Source: Epithemia pelagica
Lineage: Eukaryota > Protista > Bacillariophyta
Assembly: GCA_946965045.2 (NCBI GenBank)
Contig: OX337235.1
Span: 2,294,001-2,358,000, forward strand
Length of the DNA stretch: 64,000 nt
Direction: 5' to 3'
The translations under genes and the position numbers were made by a program. A model generated the notes under the pieces. It searched no databases. It was not told the origin of the DNA and saw only the letters and a list, made by a program, of their open reading frames with translations. Shown here piece by piece: positions 34,119-44,600 of this stretch (positions are counted from its first letter, which is position 1; every line of letters begins with the position of its first letter).

Positions 34119-37068
34119 ATGGTTGCTGGTGACACTGGGAGAAGAGTACGTCGCCCATTCTGATGCACGCTTTGAGCAGTAAGACAGGTCGAAGGAAGCA
34201 TGTTGACGAGCGATGCGGTGGTGACAAAGTAAGGACGTTGGTATACGAAACGCTCAAACTGAGCATCAATCTGGACATAGAGGGAGTAGTTTGTTGGATC
34301 CAGGTATTCATTCCACTGGCGGTAAGTATCAAGACCTGTGACCAGCCATGCTCTAAGCGGTCGGTGTAGACGCTTCAAAGATCCCGAAACAGTGAAGCTC
34401 AGCAAAAGTCTTTTCCATATCGTCCACGCTTTGCGGCTCGGATTAGTTTGATAGGGCAATAAGCCTTTTGCTCTAGAGTGCGTGTCCCGAGAACAGTCGA
34501 TCGCGAACAAGGACAGGTATTTTCCATCGACAGTCACAATGTCACTCATGAGAGTGACGCCCAAGTAGAGTCTGCACGCATTGACCAAACATAACTCAGT
34601 ATCGTTGAAGTCCAGTGAGATGGCGTGGTCCATAAGGAAACTGTCACCTTGACGCTGCAGGGGAGGAACAAAGGTTGTTGCCAACTCGACGGTACACTTG
34701 ATAGACGCCAAAAAGGATCGTACTTGAGGGACCCAGACCATTGGTTCCATATGAGGTAAGCGTATATCCACGTGCTGTAGAATAGGCTTGCTAATCCCTG
34801 CCAAGAACTGTCCCCACGACACTGCAATCAAAGCTAGTTCTGAAGCGACTCCTTGGGATCTCACACATGCAAGGAAAAGATAGATTTGACTGATGCTCTT
34901 TTCGACTGATAGGTCTCGTAATGCAAGGCCGCCATATTCAGTAGGACCATATACAACTGCATTGGGAGTATTGCGATTAAACCCGTATCTTGGTAAGAAG
35001 ACTTGTTTGAAAGGACGTTGTAAGGATTGACAGTTCGAATCAGACAAGGTCGAAGACGGGAAGGGGTACGTCATACTTGATAAATAGATTGAATGGTAAT
35101 ACGCCCAAGAATCAGTGGGGGTGAATGGACTGTTGGCCATTGTCCGAATATGAGCTTTGTTTTTCTTATCTAGCGCTACGTAGAGTTCGGAATCCGTGCA
35201 TTTGGGTGACTTTTGAACACCAAGAGTTTTGTGGCATGCGTAGGAGGAGAGTTGTCTAAGTTTCTGAGGTTGGTCCGTTCCGTGCAGGTGAATCGTAACA
35301 TCAGGTCCGCTCTGGCCATGTTGTAAATTGGGTAGACCATCAATACTGAACGTATAATGCATAAAATGATATGTGCATTTCTCAAGGTTGAGGGCACCTC
35401 CAGAGAGACTAAGCGTATCGTTCCAATGTTGAGCATCATGTGTAGCCTTGGAAATATAGGTATCCAATGGAGCTTGAGTAGGTAGAGCAAAATCATTTGT
35501 GCTTCCACTCGTATCGTCGACAAACCCTATCATGTAGAGTTGAGTCTTGAATTTTCTGCAAGGAGATTCGAATGTCGCCCCGTACGCCTTTTCCTCGTAG
35601 ACATCAAAAAGCACACAGCTGATCACACACCAGATGGCTGGTGAGTTTCCTGCTCCTTGGCCCGAGCCGTAGATTGGAAAAATCTGACAATGCTTGTAAA
35701 ACCTTTCGGAAACGCCCAATTTTGTTTTCAGGTAATATTTTGCTTCGGCCAAATTCCGAGCGTTGATGAAGGTGATAGAACGGTGTTGTCCAAATGCTCG
35801 AGATGCGAGGCTCCCGAAGTTCATCACTATACGGTCGTAACATGCCGTTGCATCGTAGTCCATATGGACTAAAGGTCGTTTGCTTGCCATTGAAATCTCA
35901 TATTGCATTTCTTCAATGAATGTAGGGATCACAGCATCTTTGCCGGGTACTCCACCAAACTGTGACGGATTTAGGACTTGCTGATTGGAGCAGTTCGAAA
36001 TCATCTTTCTCCACTTGGTAGCCAAGACTAGATTGTAGTCTTGCTCGTATAGATGTATGACTCTCCACCGGTGTATTTTCAAGTTCCCCGGTTCTTGTAG
36101 AATCATAACATTTACGATGTGTTTCCAACGTTCGTAGCAATAACCATTTTCCAAGGCAACATTTAACAGTCCCACTTGCCAGTCAATCAAATTAGCTCTC
36201 TTTTCCTCTAGAGCTTCGAATTTGGTTGATTGTGGTTCTAGATCAGTCGGAGCTAACAGGACTTTACTGTGCCTGAGATGAAAGCCGGAGGGGGACATGG
36301 TAGTGGATTCAGGCCATACCTTAATCTTACCGATCCATTCCTCTTTTGTAAGACCTCCTGGCACGCTGTCAAGATTGACGCGTGATTTCATATGATTTAT
36401 CATCGATTGCGAAAGCTCGTCGATTTCTGGTGGTGCCCATGAGCCCTCTAAGATCAGTTCCGAAGTGTGACTGGATGCTCCCCAATCTACCCACTCAGAG
36501 AAAGGTGGAATTGTTGGGTAAGTGTTCTGCGCCTGTCCAAAATGTCGTTGATTGCGTTGAAGAAGCTTTGTCTCGATCTCTGAAGGAGTATCGATAGTTA
36601 TCCATTCAGTACACGCGGCGTAGTCTTGGTCGTTGTCTTCAGCTGGTACATCAAGGCGAGTGATACCATTTTTCGTGGTTCCGCGGCATTTTCTGAGTTT
36701 GTCGTACATTGCCTTGGTCCGTTCCGCTGCCATCCTGTGTTTGATTGCTTTGGAAGTTTTAGTATCGCCTGATTTCTTTGCCTCTTCAAGAGCTAGTTTT
36801 AGTTCATTTTGTCTCCGAAAGACGGCTGTTTTGGTGATTTCAGTTATGCGTCGTTGGACAGCTCGTAATTGGGTTTGACAATCTTGAAGAGTATCAGGAA
36901 TCAGAAAGGAGTGGCCATGGCGTGTTGTATGCATAAGTCCTGCGTCGAAATTGCGGTTCAACCTAATAGAAGAGATCACTTTTAAGAGAGTGTTCTTTTG
37001 GACTCGGAGGTCAGCAAGTTCGCGCGAAAAGGGGATTGATCTTGGTTTCTTGGTGCAACGTTTATCAG
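34119..37068 (-). pseudogene. LINE ORF 5' part (reverse transcriptase), truncated upstream with no endonuclease domain
   Basis: The frame is open from the TSD junction (KRCTKKPRSIPFSREL...) to the Copia junction; removing the Copia joins PVSPAT to ITPPEAPAID in frame. Confidence 0.88.
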
Positions 37069-37084
37069 ATCGTTATCCATAAAA
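37069..37084 (+). repeat. LINE target-site duplication, right copy
   Basis: Identical to 24657-24672. Confidence 0.85.
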
Positions 37085-37168
37085 CATAGAGCCGAGATCA
37101 AAAGCGACCCAGAAGCGATAAGATTGGTTCCCCATTCCCCATCCGATGGTCCGTCAGAAAAGCTCACG

Positions 37169-38290
37169 ATGGAATCGTTGTATCCTATGGTCTCTGGTTT
37201 CCTCGCCGGAACCGTGAGTACAACGCTTCTGCTCCCACTTGATGTTATCAAAGTGCGCATGCAAGTTCATGAAGGGACTGAAGAACGCGGTAGCCAAAAT
37301 GTATCAAAACAACCAGCAGCAACGAGGACAAGGTCACCTCAACCAACAAATCCTCGGAATCCACGGAGAATAGGTGCCTTTCAGTTGGTTCGAGGAATTC
37401 TAAGATACGAAGGTGTACAAGGACTGTTTGTGGGATGGACACCTGCCGTTTTCGGATCTGCAGTGTCATGGGGAGGCTACTTTTTTGTCTACGAAGCGTT
37501 TAAGAAGAAATGGCTCACATGGAAAACTGATCTTGCGAATAGATCAAAGAATGATAACAAGAACAGTCAATCACAAATTCCTTCACAAGGAAAGGAAGAG
37601 CAAGTGTCGTTGAATTCTCTAGATTTCTTCATGCTGTCATGTGGAGCAGGTGCCGTCATGGTTGCACTAACCAACCCGATTTGGCTCATCAAAACACGAA
37701 TGCAGCTTCAAATGAAGAAGGCTTCCGAACAGAACAATGTTCGCCCATACAATGGAATGCTTGATGCCTTTCGGACAATTTTACGACAGGAAGGACCGTT
37801 GGCTCTGTACCGAGGCAGCGGTGCGGCCTTTCTGTTAACTTCCAACGGTGGTATCCAGTTTGTGGTCTACGAAACACTGCGCAAGTATTACCACATGCAG
37901 AATAAACAGATGAAAGCACAAAGAAGCAGTGGCGAGGAAAATCAACTAACGATACTGGAACGTTTTGTCACATCATTGGGTTACATGACTATAGGTGCCA
38001 CTGCAAAAGTTGTTGCCAGTACACTGACGTATCCCCTCCAAGTGGCCAAATCGCGGATCCAGCAGCGTGCCGAGGCTCTGGAGTTCACCGGAGACGGACA
38101 CGTTCGTGTTGTCCAGCGGCATTACGCCGGCTTATTCGAGACATTGCAACGAACAGTCACGGCTGAAGGTATATCTGGATTGTTCAAGGGGTGTATACCA
38201 AACGCACTCAGGGTCGCTCCCAATGCTGCTGTCACATTTGTGGTTTATGAAATCACAATGGACATGCTGTCCTCTTCAGCTCGCCATTAA
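37169..38290 (+). CDS. Mitochondrial carrier, folate/FAD carrier-like (SLC25A32/FLX1 type)
   Basis: Three PxDxxK-type repeats (PLDVIKVR, PIWLIKTR, PLQVAKSR) and GSAVSWGGYFFVYE. Confidence 0.88.
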   Translation: MESLYPMVSGFLAGTVSTTLLLPLDVIKVRMQVHEGTEERGSQNVSKQPAATRTRSPQPTNPRNPRRIGAFQLVRGILRYEGVQGLFVGWTPAVFGSAVSWGGYFFVYEAFKKKWLTWKTDLANRSKNDNKNSQSQIPSQGKEEQVSLNSLDFFMLSCGAGAVMVALTNPIWLIKTRMQLQMKKASEQNNVRPYNGMLDAFRTILRQEGPLALYRGSGAAFLLTSNGGIQFVVYETLRKYYHMQNKQMKAQRSSGEENQLTILERFVTSLGYMTIGATAKVVASTLTYPLQVAKSRIQQRAEALEFTGDGHVRVVQRHYAGLFETLQRTVTAEGISGLFKGCIPNALRVAPNAAVTFVVYEITMDMLSSSARH

Positions 38291-39442
38291 CGGGTCCCTT
38301 AAGCGACGTCGCTTAATTTTCCTCCTTCGCCTTTTTGGCTCTGTGGGTTCCTCAGTTTCCGGGGGGTCCTGGAAATAGGTTGTCAACATTTTCTGTACTT
38401 CTTCGTCCCGTCCTTTGCGATAGCCTGCCATAAACTCCTGTACGACCTCTGTGAAACGTTCCAAGAAGTAGCGTGACAATTCTCTCATGTCATCAGTGGT
38501 CCGGAGCCCCGTCTTCTCCGTAAACTCTTTGTGGGCCATCATTGCAAGAGTCTTCGCCCCACGAATGTTTCGGCGTGCATTTCTCTCTGCTTGTTTGAGT
38601 GTCGCTTCAAACTCAAAACTTGCTTTTTTCAATTGTTCTTCTTCGTCTTTTTCCCTTGCTCGTTCCTCCAATTCTTCCTTAGAGTATACTATTAAGCCTG
38701 GCTGAGTAAAGAACCCATCCCAAGTCTCAATGTACTCTTTCAGCACCTTCCCCAACAATGGAAAGAATGTTCGGGGGTGAAAATGACAAATAAAGTGCCA
38801 ACTGCTCGCACGTACTTCTGCCCAATAACGTCTATTCTCTTCTTCAGTGTACCAAGGGTCAGGCCATAGAATATCACCAATCGTTCGCGTATCCTCTTCT
38901 TCTTCCTCCTCCTCCTCTGCCATGTCGTCCTCGGCGACTGCGCCTTTTCTACGTCGTCCTGCCCGTGCACGTTGCAATCTCCTCTGTAGATTTCGCCTTC
39001 TTCGCGCCCGCCCCGAACTATAAGAGAGCATGTGAGGGTTGCGTGACCAGGACTCAGGCCATAAGTATGTGTCATCAGCATCGGGGTTGGAAGAGGAGGA
39101 AGAAGATTTTGATGTTTCTGAGGAAGAGGTGGAAGCGGAGGAAGAAGATTTTGATGTTTCTGAGGAAGAGGAGGAAGATTCTGGGTTGGACGAAGAGCCG
39201 ACGGAAAACCAGCGAAAAGTAAGCTGTACATAGCCGTCATTCTTTTTTCTTATGGTGCTAAAGATTGCTGGGAAATGGCCTTGATTGATGACTCTGTAGG
39301 TGCAACTCTTAGTTCCGAAGTGGCCGATCTGACACTGTTCTGGGAAGAAAGAAGATCCATGCGAAGGAACGATTCCGTTGAATCTCAGAAACCATCTCCG
39401 TCCAGATATATTAGCAGTACAATGAACTCTTTGAAACATCAC
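38276..39442 (-). CDS. Hypothetical protein, possibly mitochondrial, with a Ser-rich 42-bp internal duplication and basic C-terminus
   Basis: 388-aa ORF with presequence-like N-terminus; C-terminal region looks conserved (FMAGYRKGRDEE); repeat at ~39096-39171. Confidence 0.7.
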   Translation of the reverse strand: MMFQRVHCTANISGRRWFLRFNGIVPSHGSSFFPEQCQIGHFGTKSCTYRVINQGHFPAIFSTIRKKNDGYVQLTFRWFSVGSSSNPESSSSSSETSKSSSSASTSSSETSKSSSSSSNPDADDTYLWPESWSRNPHMLSYSSGRARRRRNLQRRLQRARAGRRRKGAVAEDDMAEEEEEEEEDTRTIGDILWPDPWYTEEENRRYWAEVRASSWHFICHFHPRTFFPLLGKVLKEYIETWDGFFTQPGLIVYSKEELEERAREKDEEEQLKKASFEFEATLKQAERNARRNIRGAKTLAMMAHKEFTEKTGLRTTDDMRELSRYFLERFTEVVQEFMAGYRKGRDEEVQKMLTTYFQDPPETEEPTEPKRRRRKIKRRRLRDPLMAS

Positions 39443-39827
39443 GAAACAAAGTCTTTATCATGGACCCAAAGATTGTGTTTGCATTCAAAGACGCAGCGAT
39501 AGTGAATGGTGATTGGTGATGGCCAGAATAATGGGGACCGATCCTCACACATAAAAAGGGGGGTGCTGTCTTTTTGAAGGGTGTATTGCATGGTTGGCAG
39601 GCGCACAAGACACGCCAGTCGGCAAATTTATAGCGACAAAGAGGCAACCACATTTTCATTTTCAACCCTCGTGCCTGTCGCCAATGGTGAACGAACCGCA
39701 AGAGCGATCATAGAGACCGTGTTATCCTAACAGCATTGCCAGTATTCAGACGCAACGATAAACATCAACCTACTACCGTTGGTTGCAAAGATGAAGCTGA
39801 GACGTCAACAAGATCGAGAAAGCCGTT

Positions 39828-40300
39828 TGTTCAAAAGATCTACGTAATCGTCCGGGAATGGACCCGGGACTCCCATTCGGAAGTAGGAGATCGGCCGAAG
39901 AAAAGATGAGCATCATTCATCTTGAGAATTTGTCCCTCATAGGACAAGAACGACGGGCATCCAAACAAGATGCTCACGAACGATACAACAAAGACAACGC
40001 GTCATCGTCATGAGCGTTTAGAAATGACAAACCGGCACAATCCAACTGATACAGGCCAAAAGAATAACTGGCATTGCCTAAAAGGAACAACGGCCAAGAA
40101 CGGGCAGGAGACACCCATTTAGGAAAACAAGATCGATGGACGATTGAGCTATCGCCCAACCATCGACTCAACGCATCAAAAGGAAAGACCTCAACGCCTT
40201 AGGCTACAACACGCTAGATTAACCAAATAAACTCACAACTTAACTTCGTTTACACGGGTTGAGCTCTTTCTCTTTTACCTACGGTAGGGAGAAAACAACA
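39828..40300 (+). repeat. 5' LTR of element B
   Basis: TGTT...AACA, matches 45688-46160. Confidence 0.96.
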
Positions 40301-40315
40301 CGCTTCCTCTGCGCT
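40301..40315 (+). promoter_or_regulatory. Candidate primer-binding site complementary to the initiator tRNA-Met D-arm
   Basis: CGCTTCCTCTGCGCT; reverse complement AGCGCAGAGGAAGCG, compared with eukaryotic tRNAi RGCGCAGNGGAAGCG. Confidence 0.7.
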
Positions 40316-40350
40316 GTTAACAGCTTACACGTTGTCACTCAAGAATCACC

Positions 40351-41604
40351 ATGGCCGCGAACTTTGCTCTATCTCCAGCCCACGCCAACGCCAATCAAGT
40401 GATCAACTTCACGACGGCAGGAGGCGCCAAGTTTTATAAGCAAGCGACACGCGGATTGTATGATGGTAGTGACCTTTACGACCTCAACGCAGAAGGATTG
40501 AAAACGTTCCTCGATACCTTGCAGGATCGGATCGTGGAACAGAACTGGACGTCTATCTTTTCGATTCCGGAAGCAATCGCTGCTCCAGCCGCAAACCTTC
40601 GTAACTTGACGTCCGAATACGGTCGCGTCTCTCTTCAACAAGTCCGAGCCTTCGTCGACCATTACAATGGGCAGAATCGTCAGACGCAGAACTCATACAT
40701 GGCCTACACATGTATCATGGCTTCACTTACCGAAGACGCAAAGGCACAAGTGAATATTCGACGCGAAGAGTTTACGATCAATGGCCGCGGAGCTGGACCT
40801 CTCCTTCTCAAAGTTATCGTCTCGCTTGCTCACGTGGACACGGAAGCCACGGTTATGGTACTCCGCCAACGTCTGGCCGACTTGCACGTGTACATTATGG
40901 ACATCAACGCGGACATCGCCAAGTTCAATTTCTATGTGGACGAAACCCTTCGAGCCCTCAACGCGCGCGGCGAGCAAACTCTGGACCTCCTTCCCAACCT
41001 TTTCAAGGCGTACGAAAATGTGAACGACGATAACTTTCTGGAGTTTATCCGTCGCAAGAAGAACGCATATGAAGAAGGTGACAATCCGGGATTGACCCCG
41101 CGCCAACTTATGACATTGGCACGCACCAAGTATCAGACCTTGATCGAGCAAAAGAAATGGCAGACGCTATCGGCACGTGACCAGAAACTGATCGCTCTCG
41201 AAGCATCCGTGAACAAACTCAAGGACTCGAAACGTAAGGCAGTGCAGACGGACCAAAAGAAACAGTCAGCAAAAGTGAAGACGGACAAGACTACGGACAC
41301 CGACAAGGGATGGCTTACGATTGGTCCCAAGAGCGGGCAACCGGAGGTTAAAGAAGTTAACGGCAAGACTTGGTATTGGTGCAAGTGGCACCAGAAGTGG
41401 TCAACTAACAAGAATCACACGTCTGCGACATGCAACGGACGTGGTCTTACCGGAGACAAGAAACGCGCTTATGACGAAGCTCACGGGACTGGTGACGGTG
41501 GAAGTCAAGCTGATCCATCTACCCCAGGACTCCGCCTAGCAAGTGCCTTAGCTAACCTGTCTCCAGACGACGAAGAAGATGACGATGACAGCAACGACGA
41601 GTGA
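40351..41604 (+). CDS. gag: Gag of element B
   Basis: 417 aa; atypical knuckle C-x2-H-x8-H-x4-C (CKWHQKWSTNKNHTSATC); acidic tail. Confidence 0.9.
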   Translation: MAANFALSPAHANANQVINFTTAGGAKFYKQATRGLYDGSDLYDLNAEGLKTFLDTLQDRIVEQNWTSIFSIPEAIAAPAANLRNLTSEYGRVSLQQVRAFVDHYNGQNRQTQNSYMAYTCIMASLTEDAKAQVNIRREEFTINGRGAGPLLLKVIVSLAHVDTEATVMVLRQRLADLHVYIMDINADIAKFNFYVDETLRALNARGEQTLDLLPNLFKAYENVNDDNFLEFIRRKKNAYEEGDNPGLTPRQLMTLARTKYQTLIEQKKWQTLSARDQKLIALEASVNKLKDSKRKAVQTDQKKQSAKVKTDKTTDTDKGWLTIGPKSGQPEVKEVNGKTWYWCKWHQKWSTNKNHTSATCNGRGLTGDKKRAYDEAHGTGDGGSQADPSTPGLRLASALANLSPDDEEDDDDSNDE

Positions 41605-41631
41605 CAACCAAACCCGGGGTGGCTCCCCGGG
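41602..41631 (+). other. Candidate stop-codon readthrough signal: UGA-CAA-CCA plus a 7-bp hairpin
   Basis: TGA CAA CCA AA CCCGGGG TGGCT CCCCGGG; the frame continues without a stop into pol. Confidence 0.8.
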
Positions 41632-44600
41632 CTGCTTCAAGACATCAAGCAGCTCATATACACAGTATTAGTGACGATCGTGTTATCAGGTTATACTATA
41701 CTGTGTTTCGAGCTATGGTCCCCTAGACGAACTACCATCGACTACTGGCTAAAGACCGCAAGCAACGCATGCGACCAGATGGCGACTACTATGGCGACCG
41801 CAATCAAGACGAAGAAGAAAAGACGACTCGACCATGGTAAACTAAGACGACGGAGGAAGATGACCGGACTCCTAAGAGCATTATGCATGGCGACGATTCT
41901 TACTTCAACAACTGGATTCGTATCCAACAGAGCGGCCCATGACGTCGGATTCGATACCGACAGCCGCAAAGTACTCATCGACAACTGTGCCACTGCGTCC
42001 ATCACCAACGACATCAACGACTGTTGCACGAAACCAGTCAAGATTAAGCGACGAGTGAAAGGAGTGGCCGGGACGTTCCACCCAGACATTTACGAGACGA
42101 CAATACGATGGGATATCGAGGACGACGATGGGAAAATACATACAATCACGCTCCCCCGATCATTCTACATCCCATCAACGCCGACGCGACTCTTGTCTCC
42201 ACAACACTGGGCTCAAACCGCAAAAGACAACAAACCGGTACCGAGAGGGACTCGATGCACAACGTATGGTAACAGTATCGAACTCGTGTGGGGACAAGGA
42301 CACTTCAAACGAACAGTGCCGCTCAACAAGAAGGGATCAAACGTTGGAGAATTCACAACGGCCCCAGGCTTTACACGATACGAGACGTTCTGCAAGAAAG
42401 CGGGCACAACGATCGAACAAGAAGATAACAAACCACTGTTAGCTCACAACGCGAATCTCATCGAAGACGACGACGAGTCCATCATGGAACGATCTCCAGC
42501 AACGGTCGGAGAAGACGAATCGACAGACGACGAGAGTATTTTCCAAAACGACAATCTCGACGACGAGGAAAATGAGAAGTACTTTCCGAGTAGAGACGTA
42601 CCGATGACTACAGAATTTCTCATCGGTCCGCATGAAACGGTACACGTGATCCCCAACGAAGAAGAACGACTACCCGAGAGTCCAACGCTAGAGTTATTGA
42701 GGACTCACCACCGTATGGGACACCTCTCTATGGCTAAGATCCAATCAATGGCACGCCAGGATATACTCCCAAAACGACTGGCTAATTGCAAAATACCTGT
42801 TTGTACAGCATGCATGTACGGAAAGGCGACCAGACGCCCATGGAGAATCAAGGGTCATCGGGGTACATTGGACGTCATGACGTCACCAGGACAATGCGTA
42901 TCCGTGGATCAAATGATATCCAAGACTCCAGGGTATATAGCCCACTTACGAGGGACTCCAACACGGGACCGATATAAGGTGGCTACCATCTTTGTGGATC
43001 ACTATTCAGGTATAGGTTACGTTCACTTGCAGAGAACTACATCGGCAAAAGACACTATAGAAGCTAAAGATCGATTCGAAGCATGGGCCGATACGCATGG
43101 AGTTGCAATTCGTCATTACCATGCCGATAACGGTATCTTCGCTGACAACAAGTTCCGAGAAGCCATCCAAGCAAAAGGCCAACGCCTTACCTTCAGCGGG
43201 GTCAACGCACACTTCCAGAGCGGTATGGCCGAACGCCGCATTCGGGACCTACAAGAATCAGCACGAACCATGCTAATTCATGCACAGAGACGCTGGCCGT
43301 CCACCATAACGACGAACCTATGGCCCTACGCCATAAGATACGCCAACGACATGTTCAACGAAGCACCTATGAAGAAACAGAAAGACAAAACTCCAATGGA
43401 GTTATTCACTGGTTCAACAGTTCGGTTCAATACAAGACTAGCCCATACGTTCGGGTGTCCCGCTTACGTGCTTGACAACGATCTCCAGAGTGGAACACCT
43501 ATCCCGAAATGGTCAGAACGCGCTCGGGTTGGCATTTTCTTGGGATACTCTCCGCAACATTCTAGAACCATTGGGCTTATTCTATCACTATCATCCGGAT
43601 TGACGTCACCTCAGTTCCATGTGCAGTACGACGACGCTTTCGAAACACTAAGGGCGAGTTTCGGAGAAACCCCGCCAGTATCACAATGGCAGTACAAAGC
43701 AGGATTTACGAAAAGAGCCCCACGAATGAGGGAGACAGCAAGTGCACCTCAACTCGGAAGCACAGCGACGTCACCAAGGAGAACAAGAATCGCAAACGAC
43801 GTGCCGCATGACAACGATGTATCACATAATGAAGAACCGTCCTCGGACACTATGCATCCTACCTTAGATGAGGGAGAAACGCTACCCCAACATGAGGGAG
43901 CTAGGCGGTCGCAACGTACAACCCGTCGGACTCAGAGGTATCAGGACTATTTGACATCGCTACAAGACGAAAACGACGCCATTGCAGAATTAGCTATCAC
44001 TGCTAGACCAGCGATTACGGTCAAGACAGCCCAAGCAAACAGTAACCCAGATGTAATGTACTGGCATGAAGCTATGAAACAGAAAGATCGAGAAGAGTTC
44101 ATCAAAGCCGCTCAGAAAGAAGTACAAGATCATAGCGACAATGGACTATGGGAAGTTGTCAAAAGGAAGGACATTCCGAAAGGAGCATTGATTTCACGCG
44201 GAGTATGGAGCTGTGTCCGAAAACGAAGACTCAAAACAAGAGAAGTCTATAAATGGAAATCAAGACTAGCTTACGACAGGTCTATGCAAGAAAAGGGAGT
44301 CAACTACTGGGAAACATATGCCCCAGTTATTCAATGGCCGGTCGTACGTTTTGTCTTAACTATGGCACTTACTCAAGGATGGCATATCAAGCAAGTTGAT
44401 TATGTCCTGGCGTATACACAAGCAGTGGCGGAGACCGACATGTATATGGAGGCGCCGAGGAGCTTTACATTCGACACCAAAGGCAATCAACGAGCCGAGG
44501 ATTACGTGCTCAAAATCAAGCAAAATTATTACGGCCAGAAACAAGGAGCCCGAGTATGGAACCAACACTTGGTCAAGCGGCTGAAAGACGTGGGTTTCCA

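Larger units (their letters stand above)
24673..37068 (-). mobile_element. 5'-truncated non-LTR retrotransposon (RT + RNase H + CCHC, Ambal-like), ~4.6 kb of its own sequence, interrupted by Copia element A
   Basis: RT motifs DYDATACYDRI, GSGQG and FVDD; RNase H SDGS, YTDSKSL, HVKGHQD and NVEADNLA; C-terminal CPSC..HDHFLRC. Flanked by a 16-bp direct repeat ATCGTTATCCATAAAA. Confidence 0.9.

Noticed and set aside
40313-40324. Second tRNA-Asn-like match (GTTAACAG) in the element B leader
   Set aside because: It is too short and is explained by the palindrome; it is not adjacent to the LTR.
41671-41673. GTG as an independent pol start
   Set aside because: This is an artefact of the bacterial-style ORF caller; the frame is open back to the gag stop.
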